Shown one piece after another: positions 39,511-47,377 of a stretch of 64,000 nucleotides of DNA. A model generated the notes under the pieces. It was given only the letters and a program-made list of their open reading frames with translations, ran no database searches and had not been told where the DNA came from. Origin of the DNA: an uncultured bacterium (GTDB taxonomy: Bacteria; Margulisbacteria; WOR-1; O2-12-FULL-45-9). Numbering within the stretch: the first letter of the stretch is position 1; every line of letters starts with the position of its first letter. Made by a program: the position numbers and the translations under genes. The stretch spans positions 9,393-73,392 of the forward strand of contig CAZMPJ010000007.1 of the NCBI GenBank assembly GCA_964568455.1. Reading direction: 5' to 3'.

Positions 39511-40540
39511 CACAATTATAGTTGGTGCTGGGCCATCTGGTTCTACTGCTGCTTATTATTTAGCGCAGAAGAAAAAATCAACCTTGTTGCTGGAAGCAAA
39601 AAAGCTGCCTAGATTTAAAGCCTGTGGGGGTGGTGTTTCACAAAACTTAGTAGACAGCCTTCCGGTTGGTGTTGATGTTTCTTCGGCAATTAGAGGTACT
39701 ACAAATAGTGTGCGGTTTTATGATTTTGAACTTACAAATCCAGTGGATGTGCGCTTAAAAGATCCTATTCTTATGACGGACCGATCGCAGTTTGACATGT
39801 TATTAGTTCAGGCAGCGGTTGATAAGGGTGCGCAGTTGAAAGAAGAAGTAACTGTTAAGTATGTTTTTTTTGATGGAAATAAATATAACGTTATGACTTC
39901 TGCTGGAAGATTCGAGGCTGACCATGTAATTGCTGCGGATGGAGTTTTTAGTAAGCTGGCCCAAGATATGGGTTTAATTGAAAAGCCCAAAGTAATTTTT
40001 GCTGTTGAAGCTGAAGTTAAGGGTTTAAATGCAAATCCTTCTGCAACCCATTGGGGGCGGGTAAATATTGATGAGGGCTATGCCTGGGTTTTTCCGGGAG
40101 AAGGGTGTTCTTCAATTGGCGTGCTTGGTATGGGAAAGGGAGATAAACTTAGGGCAGCATTAGATGAATGGATAAACTTGTGGGGATTTAAAGGAGAGGT
40201 TGGTAAGATACATGGTCATCCAATCCCTTTGATTGATTATACCAGACGCCTTCAACTGGACCGGTTTTTCACGGTTGGTGATGCAGCTGGATTAGCAGAT
40301 TCATTAACTGGTGAAGGCATTAAATTTGCTATTATGTCAGGAAGATTTGCTGCAGAAGCAATTTTAAGCGGTAGACCTTCTAGCTATTCTTGGAAAGTAA
40401 GAACTAATATTTATCCTTATTTTGCTTTTGGTTCTGTTTTTCGCCCGATTGTTTGGCGTTGGACTGATTTTATTTATAAACATGGAATCACCAATCCTTT
40501 TGTTCAGTATGTAATTAAGCAAGCCTTTGATCGGGTATAA
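39470..40540 (+). CDS. FAD-dependent oxidoreductase of the geranylgeranyl reductase family
   Basis: TIIVGAGPSGSTAAYYLA FAD motif, CGGGV, GDAAG. 356 aa. Alternative GTG start at 39500. Confidence 0.62.
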   Translation: MVLIWPTENTVRYNTIIVGAGPSGSTAAYYLAQKKKSTLLLEAKKLPRFKACGGGVSQNLVDSLPVGVDVSSAIRGTTNSVRFYDFELTNPVDVRLKDPILMTDRSQFDMLLVQAAVDKGAQLKEEVTVKYVFFDGNKYNVMTSAGRFEADHVIAADGVFSKLAQDMGLIEKPKVIFAVEAEVKGLNANPSATHWGRVNIDEGYAWVFPGEGCSSIGVLGMGKGDKLRAALDEWINLWGFKGEVGKIHGHPIPLIDYTRRLQLDRFFTVGDAAGLADSLTGEGIKFAIMSGRFAAEAILSGRPSSYSWKVRTNIYPYFAFGSVFRPIVWRWTDFIYKHGITNPFVQYVIKQAFDRV

Positions 40541-40587
40541 TCCTCACCCTGGGTTTTCTTAAATTTATATGCTTTGTGGTCAAATAT

Positions 40588-40612
40588 CCCTCTCCATTAT
40601 AAATGGAGAGGG
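40588..40612 (+). terminator. perfect 11-bp-stem hairpin ccctctccatt-ata-aatggagaggg followed by a T-run; likely rho-independent terminator and also a member of a GC-rich palindromic repeat family
   Basis: Read directly: stem 11 bp, loop 3 nt, then aaaagtttttctt. Confidence 0.5.
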
Positions 40613-40645
40613 AAAAGTTTTTCTTATATGCTACCTGAAGCTTAA

Positions 40646-40686
40646 CCCTTCTCCATCCCGAGCTTGTCGAGGGAAATGGAGAAGGG
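40646..40686 (+). repeat. second related palindromic element cccttctccat...atggagaaggg (11-bp outer stem with an internal tccc/ggga stem)
   Basis: Inverted repeat read directly. Shares the ttctcc/ggagaa core with 40588-40612 and 43537-43561. Confidence 0.45.
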
Positions 40687-40768
40687 CTTTAACCTATAAG
40701 CGAAGAAATATTTTATAAGTTGGGATGAGGATATTTCATCTTCCTCCTATTTATAGTAAAATATATAC

Positions 40769-41935
40769 ATGAAACAAATCTATCTTGATTACGCAGCTAC
40801 TACGCCAACGCATCCTGATGTGTTGACAGCTATGCTGCCATATTTTAGCGAAAAATTTGGTAACCCCTCTAGTATTTATGCTTTGGGGCAAGAGTCTAAA
40901 ACTGCGGTTGAAAAAGCCAGGCAGAGTTTAGCTAAACTAATTAATTGCCGGCCAGAAGAAATTGTTTTTACTTCAGGTGGTACTGAAGCTAATAATTTTG
41001 CTCTTAATGGAATTGCTTATGCGAATTCAAACAAAGGAAAACATATCATCACCACCAAGATTGAACACCACGCTATTATTGAACCGTGTGAATTTTTAGA
41101 AAAACACGGATTTACAACCACTTATCTTTCAGTAGACGAAAATGGTATGGTGGATCCAGAAGAAGTTAGAAAAGCAATTACAGATAAAACTATTTTAGTT
41201 TCTATCATGTTAGCTAATAATGAAGTGGGAACTATTGAGCCAATTGCGGAAATCGCCAAGATCACCAAAGAAAAAGGTGTTTATTTTCATACTGATGCGG
41301 TTCAGGCGGTGGGGCAAATTGAAATTGATGTGCAGAAATTAGGGGTTGATCTTTTATCCTTATCCTCGCATAAATTTTATGGGCCCAAAGGGGTGGGGGC
41401 ATTGTATATTAGAAAAGGTACTCGTATTCAACCTTTTATGAGGGGTGGTGGACAAGAAAAAAGAAGAAGAGCTTCAACTGAAAATGTTCCAGGCATTGTT
41501 GGTTTAGGGGCAGCTGCAGCGCTTGCTTTGCCTGACATTCAAAACCGCATTAATCATTTAATTCCTTTGCAGGAGAAATTAATTAAAGGTATTCAGGAGA
41601 AAATTCCAGAAGTAAAATTAAATGGTCATCCAACTAAAAGATTACCTAAAAATGTTAATTTTTCCATTAAATATATTGAGGGTGAATCCATGCTTTTAAA
41701 TCTAGATATGTTGGGGGTTGCTGCTTCAACTGGCTCTGCTTGCAGTTCTGGTTCGCTTGAACCATCACATGTCCTGTTAGCTATGGGCTTAAACCACGAA
41801 ACCTCACACGGTTCAATCCGTTTTAGTTTAGGCAGGCTTACTACTGAAGAAGATATTGATTATGTGCTAAAAGTTTTTCCTGAAATTGTAGATAAACTAC
41901 GCAAAATGTCCCCCCTATATAAAAAAACAGCTTAA
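40769..41935 (+). CDS. iscS: cysteine desulfurase
   Basis: 388 aa class-V aminotransferase. SSHKFYGPKG PLP-Lys motif and SGSACSS active-site Cys loop. Confidence 0.9.
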   Translation: MKQIYLDYAATTPTHPDVLTAMLPYFSEKFGNPSSIYALGQESKTAVEKARQSLAKLINCRPEEIVFTSGGTEANNFALNGIAYANSNKGKHIITTKIEHHAIIEPCEFLEKHGFTTTYLSVDENGMVDPEEVRKAITDKTILVSIMLANNEVGTIEPIAEIAKITKEKGVYFHTDAVQAVGQIEIDVQKLGVDLLSLSSHKFYGPKGVGALYIRKGTRIQPFMRGGGQEKRRRASTENVPGIVGLGAAAALALPDIQNRINHLIPLQEKLIKGIQEKIPEVKLNGHPTKRLPKNVNFSIKYIEGESMLLNLDMLGVAASTGSACSSGSLEPSHVLLAMGLNHETSHGSIRFSLGRLTTEEDIDYVLKVFPEIVDKLRKMSPLYKKTA

Positions 41936-41937
41936 AT

Positions 41938-42990
41938 TTACAAACTGAGACCTTTTAGAGTTAGTAATTTACTTTGTGAAGAAGAGGTAATTGCTGGGCT
42001 ACTACATAAAATGTTTACTTGCCTTTTTAGGCCTTTTTCTATTATTTCCTCATATATATTGTCAGGGTCTAGCTCTATTTTTGAGTGTTCAACTAGTAAG
42101 GCTTTAAGCGCTTCCCATCCTTTTTTATCATCAATTTTCCATGGTCTGTTCCCATCTCTGCGAAAAAAGAAAATTTTAATTCCTCTGCCTAAGCCTAAGT
42201 CCATAATTCCTTGTCTTAGAGCAACCGGATCTTTAAAGATTTCTTCATTGATCTCGAGAATTCCTTTGCCTCTATAATTTAAATAATTAGAAATTGAAGC
42301 ACGTAAAAAGTTTACAATGCTAAATGCGTTAACTATGCAAGCGAGAGCGCCTATTGACCAGACAACTAAGTATGGTATGGGTGCTACTAAAATGGGTGCT
42401 ACTAAAGCAGCAAGGAGATCGACTCCTAACAACAAAGCGCTTCCAGCGAAATACTTTAATGAGCTCTTTTGAGCTTTATTGATCTTATATTTTGTAGTTG
42501 TTGGTGCTGATTTTTGTTCTTTTGCTGTTGCAGTAGGTTGAACCGGTGCTTCTTTTGCGACTTCTGCAAGAGCTTGTGCTTGAATAAATTCTGGTAAAGT
42601 ATCTAAAGTAACTGTCTGCCATGCCGTTGCCTGGCCTTTTTGCATTTGAACCTCAATGCCATTGTCTTGAACCCATTCATTACTTAAAAGGGCTTGAGGC
42701 ATTTCAGTGGCAGCGTACATAATAGTTAAAAGTTGAATAAACTCATCTTGTGTAAGAGCTGCTTTTCTTTCTAATTTGATGCTGTGTATTCCTCGTTCGT
42801 GAAAAAAAGAAACAGATGCTTCTCTGCTTTGTCCGATTCTTTTGCTTGGTTGGGTACAATATAATGTGTTTGCTCCGGTTCGCAAAAAATGATACGCTGC
42901 TGCACCGAGCCGGTTTCTTGGTCGCTCACGAAGGTCTATTCCTTTTAGTCCTGTTTTTGGAGTCGCGATTCTAACTATTGCGTTTACCAT
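41938..42990 (-). CDS. hypothetical protein with a central hydrophobic (probably two-helix) segment; no recognisable domains
   Basis: The track ORF starts at GTG 43050. An ATG at 42990 has a GGAGG RBS (cggaggaaacaaATG). Sampled stretches have GC somewhat above the window average. Sits on the opposite strand between iscS and mnmA. Confidence 0.45.
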   Translation of the reverse strand: MVNAIVRIATPKTGLKGIDLRERPRNRLGAAAYHFLRTGANTLYCTQPSKRIGQSREASVSFFHERGIHSIKLERKAALTQDEFIQLLTIMYAATEMPQALLSNEWVQDNGIEVQMQKGQATAWQTVTLDTLPEFIQAQALAEVAKEAPVQPTATAKEQKSAPTTTKYKINKAQKSSLKYFAGSALLLGVDLLAALVAPILVAPIPYLVVWSIGALACIVNAFSIVNFLRASISNYLNYRGKGILEINEEIFKDPVALRQGIMDLGLGRGIKIFFFRRDGNRPWKIDDKKGWEALKALLVEHSKIELDPDNIYEEIIEKGLKRQVNILCSSPAITSSSQSKLLTLKGLSL

Positions 42991-43034
42991 TTGTTTCCTC
43001 CGTTTATTTATCCGCACCTTTTGCGAAAAATTTT

Positions 43035-43078
43035 CCCGATTTCCATTCACCTATGTAATGGCGGAAATCGGGATCCCG
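43035..43078 (-). promoter_or_regulatory. GC-rich overlapping hairpins (cccgatttcc...ggaaatcggg and cgggatcccg) in the 5-prime leader of the 41938..42990 gene
   Basis: Inverted repeats read directly. They lie between the divergent mnmA promoter and the RBS of the orphan gene. Confidence 0.35.
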
Positions 43079-43142
43079 TCGATTCCATAATTATTATATT
43101 AAATAATGAACGACGGGACATGTTATTTGCTATAATAGTTAT

Positions 43143-44246
43143 ATGCATAAAGTATTAGTAGCTATGTCGGGTGGTGTGGATTCATCAGTTGCAGCGGTGC
43201 TGTTGAAAGAGCAGGAGTATGAATGTATTGGCATTACCATGTCTTTGGCTTGCTCAACCACAGCTTTTGAAGGTGGCTGTTGTGGCTTAACTGCAGTGGA
43301 TGATGCTAAAAAAGTGGCTGATAAGCTAAAAATTCCGCATTATGTGATAAATTTTAAAGATCAGTTTCAAAAATATGTGATTGATGATTTTATTCAAGAG
43401 TATAAAAATGGCCGCACGCCTAATCCATGTGTGAGATGCAATCAGTTTATTAAATTTGATCATTTGATTAGGAAGGCTGATGAGTTAGAAGTAGATTTTA
43501 TTGCAACTGGACATTATGCGGGGATTAAACCTTTACCCCCTTCTCCCTCTGGGAGAAGGGGAGGTGGGCTTAGCGATAGAGGGGATGAGGGTTTTAAATT
43601 ATTCAAAGGGAAGGACACGAAAAAAGACCAATCATATATGTTGTATAGGTTGAATCAAGAGGCTTTGGAAAGAACTTTGTTTCCATTGGGAGAATTTGTA
43701 AAAGATGAAGTTAGACAAAAAGCTAAAGAATTAGGTTTGCCAGTGCATGATAAAGAAGAAAGTCAGGAAATTTGTTTTGTAGAAGATGATAATTATGCTA
43801 ATTATTTAAAAGATAAATGTCCAGAAGTGGTTAAGCCCGGGCCGATTGTGGATAAGAAGGGGAAATTAGTTGGCAAACATGAAGGCATTGCTTTTTATAC
43901 AGTAGGGCAGCGCAAAGGCATTGGCTCGCACAAAGGTATTCCTAAATATGTAATTAAAATTGATGTTAAGAATAATACTGTGGTAATTGGAGATCAGGAA
44001 GAGACTTTTGCCAGTACTTTACAGGCTGACCAGGTTAGTTATATTTCTGGCCGGGTACCGACCAAGGCTTTGAACATTGCCGCTAAAATACGCTATAATT
44101 CAAAAGAAGCAAAGGCAATTCTTGAGCCAATTAGTCCGGATAAAGTAAAAATCATATTTAAAAAACCCCAAAGGTCAATCACTCCAGGCCAATCAGTGGT
44201 TTTTTATAATAGAGAAGAGGTCTTAGGTGGCGGAATCATTAATTGA
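43143..44246 (+). CDS. mnmA: tRNA-specific 2-thiouridylase
   Basis: SGGVDSSVAA PP-loop, conserved catalytic Cys pair, IATGHY. Carries an about 16-aa in-frame insertion. Confidence 0.9.
   Translation: MHKVLVAMSGGVDSSVAAVLLKEQEYECIGITMSLACSTTAFEGGCCGLTAVDDAKKVADKLKIPHYVINFKDQFQKYVIDDFIQEYKNGRTPNPCVRCNQFIKFDHLIRKADELEVDFIATGHYAGIKPLPPSPSGRRGGGLSDRGDEGFKLFKGKDTKKDQSYMLYRLNQEALERTLFPLGEFVKDEVRQKAKELGLPVHDKEESQEICFVEDDNYANYLKDKCPEVVKPGPIVDKKGKLVGKHEGIAFYTVGQRKGIGSHKGIPKYVIKIDVKNNTVVIGDQEETFASTLQADQVSYISGRVPTKALNIAAKIRYNSKEAKAILEPISPDKVKIIFKKPQRSITPGQSVVFYNREEVLGGGIIN
43537..43561 (+). repeat. GC-rich perfect palindrome ccccttctccc-tct-gggagaagggg inserted in-frame inside mnmA (encodes PLPPSPSGRRGGG)
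   Basis: 11-bp stem and 3-nt loop read directly. Corresponds to the extra segment relative to canonical MnmA between GHY and KDQSY. Confidence 0.6.
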
Positions 44247-45138
44247 AAAAATTAAAAAGTTAAAAAAAGAACGTAATGCTGTAATTTTGGTTCATAACTA
44301 TCAAATTGGCGAAGTTCAGGATGTTGCAGACTATTTAGGCGATTCTTTAGGCCTTTCCATTGAAGCATCCAAAACTAAGGCCAGTGTCATTGTCTTCTGT
44401 GGTGTGCATTTTATGGCAGAGACAGCGGCTATTATTTCTCCTGATAAAAAAGTAATTATGCCAGAAGCTAAAGCAGGTTGTCCCATGGCAGATATGATTA
44501 ATGCTGATCAGTTAAGAGGGTTAAAAGCAAAGCACCCGAAGGCCAAAGTGGTTTGTTATGTAAATTCCACAGCTGAAATAAAAGCTGAATCTGATATTTG
44601 TTGCACTTCTTCTAATGCTATTAATGTAGTTAAATCCTTGCCAGACAAAGAAATTATCTTTGTGCCTGATAAATATTTGGGCCATTATGTTTCAACTAAA
44701 GTTACAGATAAAAAATTCATCTTTTGGCAGGGATATTGTCCCACTCACATGAAAGTTTTGCCTCAGTATATTGAAGCAGCTAAAAAAGTGCATCCTGACG
44801 CTATCGTCATGGTCCATCCAGAGTGCCGGCCAGAAACCATTGCTTTAGCCGATGAAGTGCTTTCCACTGGCGGGATGATTAAGCTTGCTAAACAGTCAAA
44901 GGCCAAAGAATTTATTATTGGCACAGAAGTAGGAATTATTCATACTTTAAAGAAGAATAATCCAGAAAAAAACTTTTATCCAGCTAATAAAGGGGCTATT
45001 TGTCCTAATATGAAGTTAACCACGCTGGAAAAAGTGCTTTGGTCGCTGCAGGATATGAAAACAGAGGTTAAAGTACCTCAAGAAATTGCGGATAAAGCCC
45101 GATCTTCAATTGAAAAAATGCTTGCGGTTAGTGGATAG
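44227..45138 (+). CDS. nadA: quinolinate synthase
   Basis: 303 aa. ILVHNYQ, conserved Cys ligands (CPMAD, CPTH, CPNM). Confidence 0.9.
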   Translation: MAESLIEKIKKLKKERNAVILVHNYQIGEVQDVADYLGDSLGLSIEASKTKASVIVFCGVHFMAETAAIISPDKKVIMPEAKAGCPMADMINADQLRGLKAKHPKAKVVCYVNSTAEIKAESDICCTSSNAINVVKSLPDKEIIFVPDKYLGHYVSTKVTDKKFIFWQGYCPTHMKVLPQYIEAAKKVHPDAIVMVHPECRPETIALADEVLSTGGMIKLAKQSKAKEFIIGTEVGIIHTLKKNNPEKNFYPANKGAICPNMKLTTLEKVLWSLQDMKTEVKVPQEIADKARSSIEKMLAVSG

Positions 45139-45547
45139 ATCCGATTGGTCCAGAATCATCACTAGAACCTTTGCTGCGTTTTTTTCTTAAAGCTCTTTCT
45201 ACTAATTCATAGATTTCTTCCATTAAGAAAGGCTTTCTAAGGTATTCTAAGGCGCCTAAGGTAATAGCATTAGCATGTGAGCTTTCTGAAGCATAAGCTG
45301 TGACAATAACTACTTCAATGCTAGGATCAATTTCTTTGATTTTCTTTAAAACTTCAATACCATCCATGCCTGGAAGCTTATAATCGATAAAAGCAATATC
45401 ATACACATCTTTTTTTAAGGTAGAAGTGGCTGCTTCGCCGTCAGGGAAGGTGGTTACTTGATAATCTTTAATCTTAAGGATCATCTCAAACGATTCACGT
45501 ACTCCAGGTTCGTCATCAACAATCATGATTTTTACTGTGTCTGCCAA
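45128..45547 (-). CDS. stand-alone response regulator receiver domain (CheY-like)
   Basis: 139 aa. IMIVDDEP...D (phospho-Asp in FIDYKLPGMDG)...K. No output domain and no adjacent histidine kinase. Confidence 0.8.
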   Translation of the reverse strand: MADTVKIMIVDDEPGVRESFEMILKIKDYQVTTFPDGEAATSTLKKDVYDIAFIDYKLPGMDGIEVLKKIKEIDPSIEVVIVTAYASESSHANAITLGALEYLRKPFLMEEIYELVERALRKKRSKGSSDDSGPIGSIH

Positions 45548-45651
45548 GGTTTTTCCTCCTAATTCAACTTAATATTAAGCGATATTGTAGCATTGAGTCC
45601 CTATTATTGCAAATATATTTTACTTATGTTATTCTAAATTCCTGCGAGTTT

Positions 45652-45725
45652 GGCGGTGTAGCTCAGTTGGTTAGAGCAAACGGCTCATACCCGTTGCGTC
45701 AGTGGTTCGAATCCACTCACCGCCA
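45652..45725 (+). tRNA. tRNA with anticodon CAT (elongator Met or, given adjacency to tilS, possibly tRNA-Ile2 modified to LAU)
   Basis: Manual cloverleaf: 7-bp acceptor GGCGGTG/CACCGCC, D-arm GCTC/GAGC, anticodon stem AACGG/CCGTT with loop CTCATAC, T-arm AGTGG-TTCGAAT-CCACT, discriminator A. No encoded CCA. The G1-C72 pair argues against an initiator. Confidence 0.88.
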
Positions 45726-45737
45726 GAAAAGCTCAAA

Positions 45738-45995
45738 ATGCGAAAGTTTAAAGTAATTATCTGCTATATGTTTTTTGTGCCTGCCTTATACATTGTTTTA
45801 AGCGATGTAAAGAGAAACAAATATTTAGGCAAACAGGCGGGTAAGGCTTTAATGCTTTGGGCTGTTTATTTTTTAATCTTTTTTGGGACCAGATTGCTAG
45901 AAGCTGTGTCCCGGCTTAATAATTTGACAGTTATTGCTGTGGTTTGTATAGTGGTTTATAACCTTTTTCAAGTCTATAAGGTGGTAATGGAATGA
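45738..45995 (+). CDS. small two-TM membrane protein, hypothetical; stop overlaps the tilS start (ATGA)
   Basis: The track ORF from 45702 overlaps the tRNA. An ATG at 45738 (MRKFKVI...) is the first start outside the tRNA. Confidence 0.4.
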   Translation: MRKFKVIICYMFFVPALYIVLSDVKRNKYLGKQAGKALMLWAVYFLIFFGTRLLEAVSRLNNLTVIAVVCIVVYNLFQVYKVVME

Positions 45996-47377
45996 TAAAA
46001 GATAAATTTTTAAAAACTATTGAAGAATATGATTTGATAAAACCCAAAGATACGGTTTTGGTAGCTGTATCAGGAGGAACTGATTCAACTGGTTTGATTA
46101 ATTTGTTGAGTGAAGTCAAAAGCAAATTAAAAATAAACCTTCATATTGCTCATTTGAATCATTTAATTCGTAAGGGTGATGCAGAACTTGATGTGCGCTA
46201 TGTGCAAAATTTAGCCCAAAATTTAGACATTCCAATAACTGTTGAATCTTTTGATGTTCAGGCTTTTGCCAAAGAAAAAAAGATGGGATTAGAAGAGGCT
46301 GCTCGGCAAGTACGTTATTCTTTCTTGAGAAGGGTGGCCAGTCATATTGGGGCCAATAAAATTGCAGTAGGCCATACTGCAGATGATAATGTAGAAACTT
46401 TTTTGATGAGGCTTTTGCGTGGAGCCGGGCTAACCGGGCTATGCGGGATCCCGGTTAAAAGAGATAAAATTATTCGCCCTTTAATCCGGGTCTGGAGAAG
46501 AGAGCTGGAAGATTATGTGGGAGTGCTAAAATTGGTTCCTCGCCGTGACCATACTAATTATGAATCAAGATATTCGCGCAATCGGGTCAGGCTAAAACTA
46601 ATTCCCCAACTTAAATTGTATAACCTTAATATTAAAGAAATTATTTTGCAAACTATTTTGCTTTTAACCGATGACCGGGAATATATTGAAAACCAAGCAG
46701 AACAAGCTTTTGCTGATATCATGATTTCTCGAGTAGAAGGGGAGATTTGTCTGGAAACTGAAGAATTAATGGAATTGCCCGCCACCATCCAAGGCCATGT
46801 GATCAGGAAAGCGATTGAAAGTATTAAAGGAAACTTAAAAAACCTTACTTTTACTCATGTGCATGACATTATTGCCCTGCTTCCAAAAGTAGAAAAATGG
46901 GAACTGCATCTGCCGGAAGGAATCTGTGTTTGTGGTAATAAAGGTGAATTAACTATTATGCGGGAGAGGCCGGCAGAACAAACCAAAATATCCTATTGTC
47001 ATATTCTTCAGGTTCCTTGCGAAAAAGATGTCCCGGAAATAGGGAAAAAGATTAAAGCAACTATTTTGGATAAATTTACCATGGATGAAATCAAATCTTC
47101 CGACTTACAAACTGCTTATGTGGATTATGCGATTATCGGAAAAAATATTATTATCCGCAGCCGCGAAGACGGTGACCGTTTCTTTCCTTTGGGCATGAAA
47201 GGCTCAAAAAAACTACAGGACCTGTTTATTGACAGCAAAGTTCCGTTTGAGCTGCGCGATTCTATCCCTATCATTGAGAGCAGGGGGAAAATTATCTGGG
47301 TAGGTGGAATGCGTATTAGTGAAAAAGCCAAGGTAACCAAAAATACTAAAAAGGTTGTAAAGATTGAATTGCTATGA
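45992..47377 (+). CDS. tilS: tRNA(Ile)-lysidine synthetase
   Basis: VAVSGGTDSTGL PP-loop, HLNHLIR, 461 aa with C-terminal substrate-binding domains. Confidence 0.85.
   Translation: MIKDKFLKTIEEYDLIKPKDTVLVAVSGGTDSTGLINLLSEVKSKLKINLHIAHLNHLIRKGDAELDVRYVQNLAQNLDIPITVESFDVQAFAKEKKMGLEEAARQVRYSFLRRVASHIGANKIAVGHTADDNVETFLMRLLRGAGLTGLCGIPVKRDKIIRPLIRVWRRELEDYVGVLKLVPRRDHTNYESRYSRNRVRLKLIPQLKLYNLNIKEIILQTILLLTDDREYIENQAEQAFADIMISRVEGEICLETEELMELPATIQGHVIRKAIESIKGNLKNLTFTHVHDIIALLPKVEKWELHLPEGICVCGNKGELTIMRERPAEQTKISYCHILQVPCEKDVPEIGKKIKATILDKFTMDEIKSSDLQTAYVDYAIIGKNIIIRSREDGDRFFPLGMKGSKKLQDLFIDSKVPFELRDSIPIIESRGKIIWVGGMRISEKAKVTKNTKKVVKIELL

Noticed and set aside
45702-45737. Start of the track ORF 45702..45995 overlapping the tRNA
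   Set aside because: A protein-coding start inside a tRNA gene is implausible. I moved the start to the first ATG after the tRNA (45738) and kept it as a low-confidence small membrane protein.
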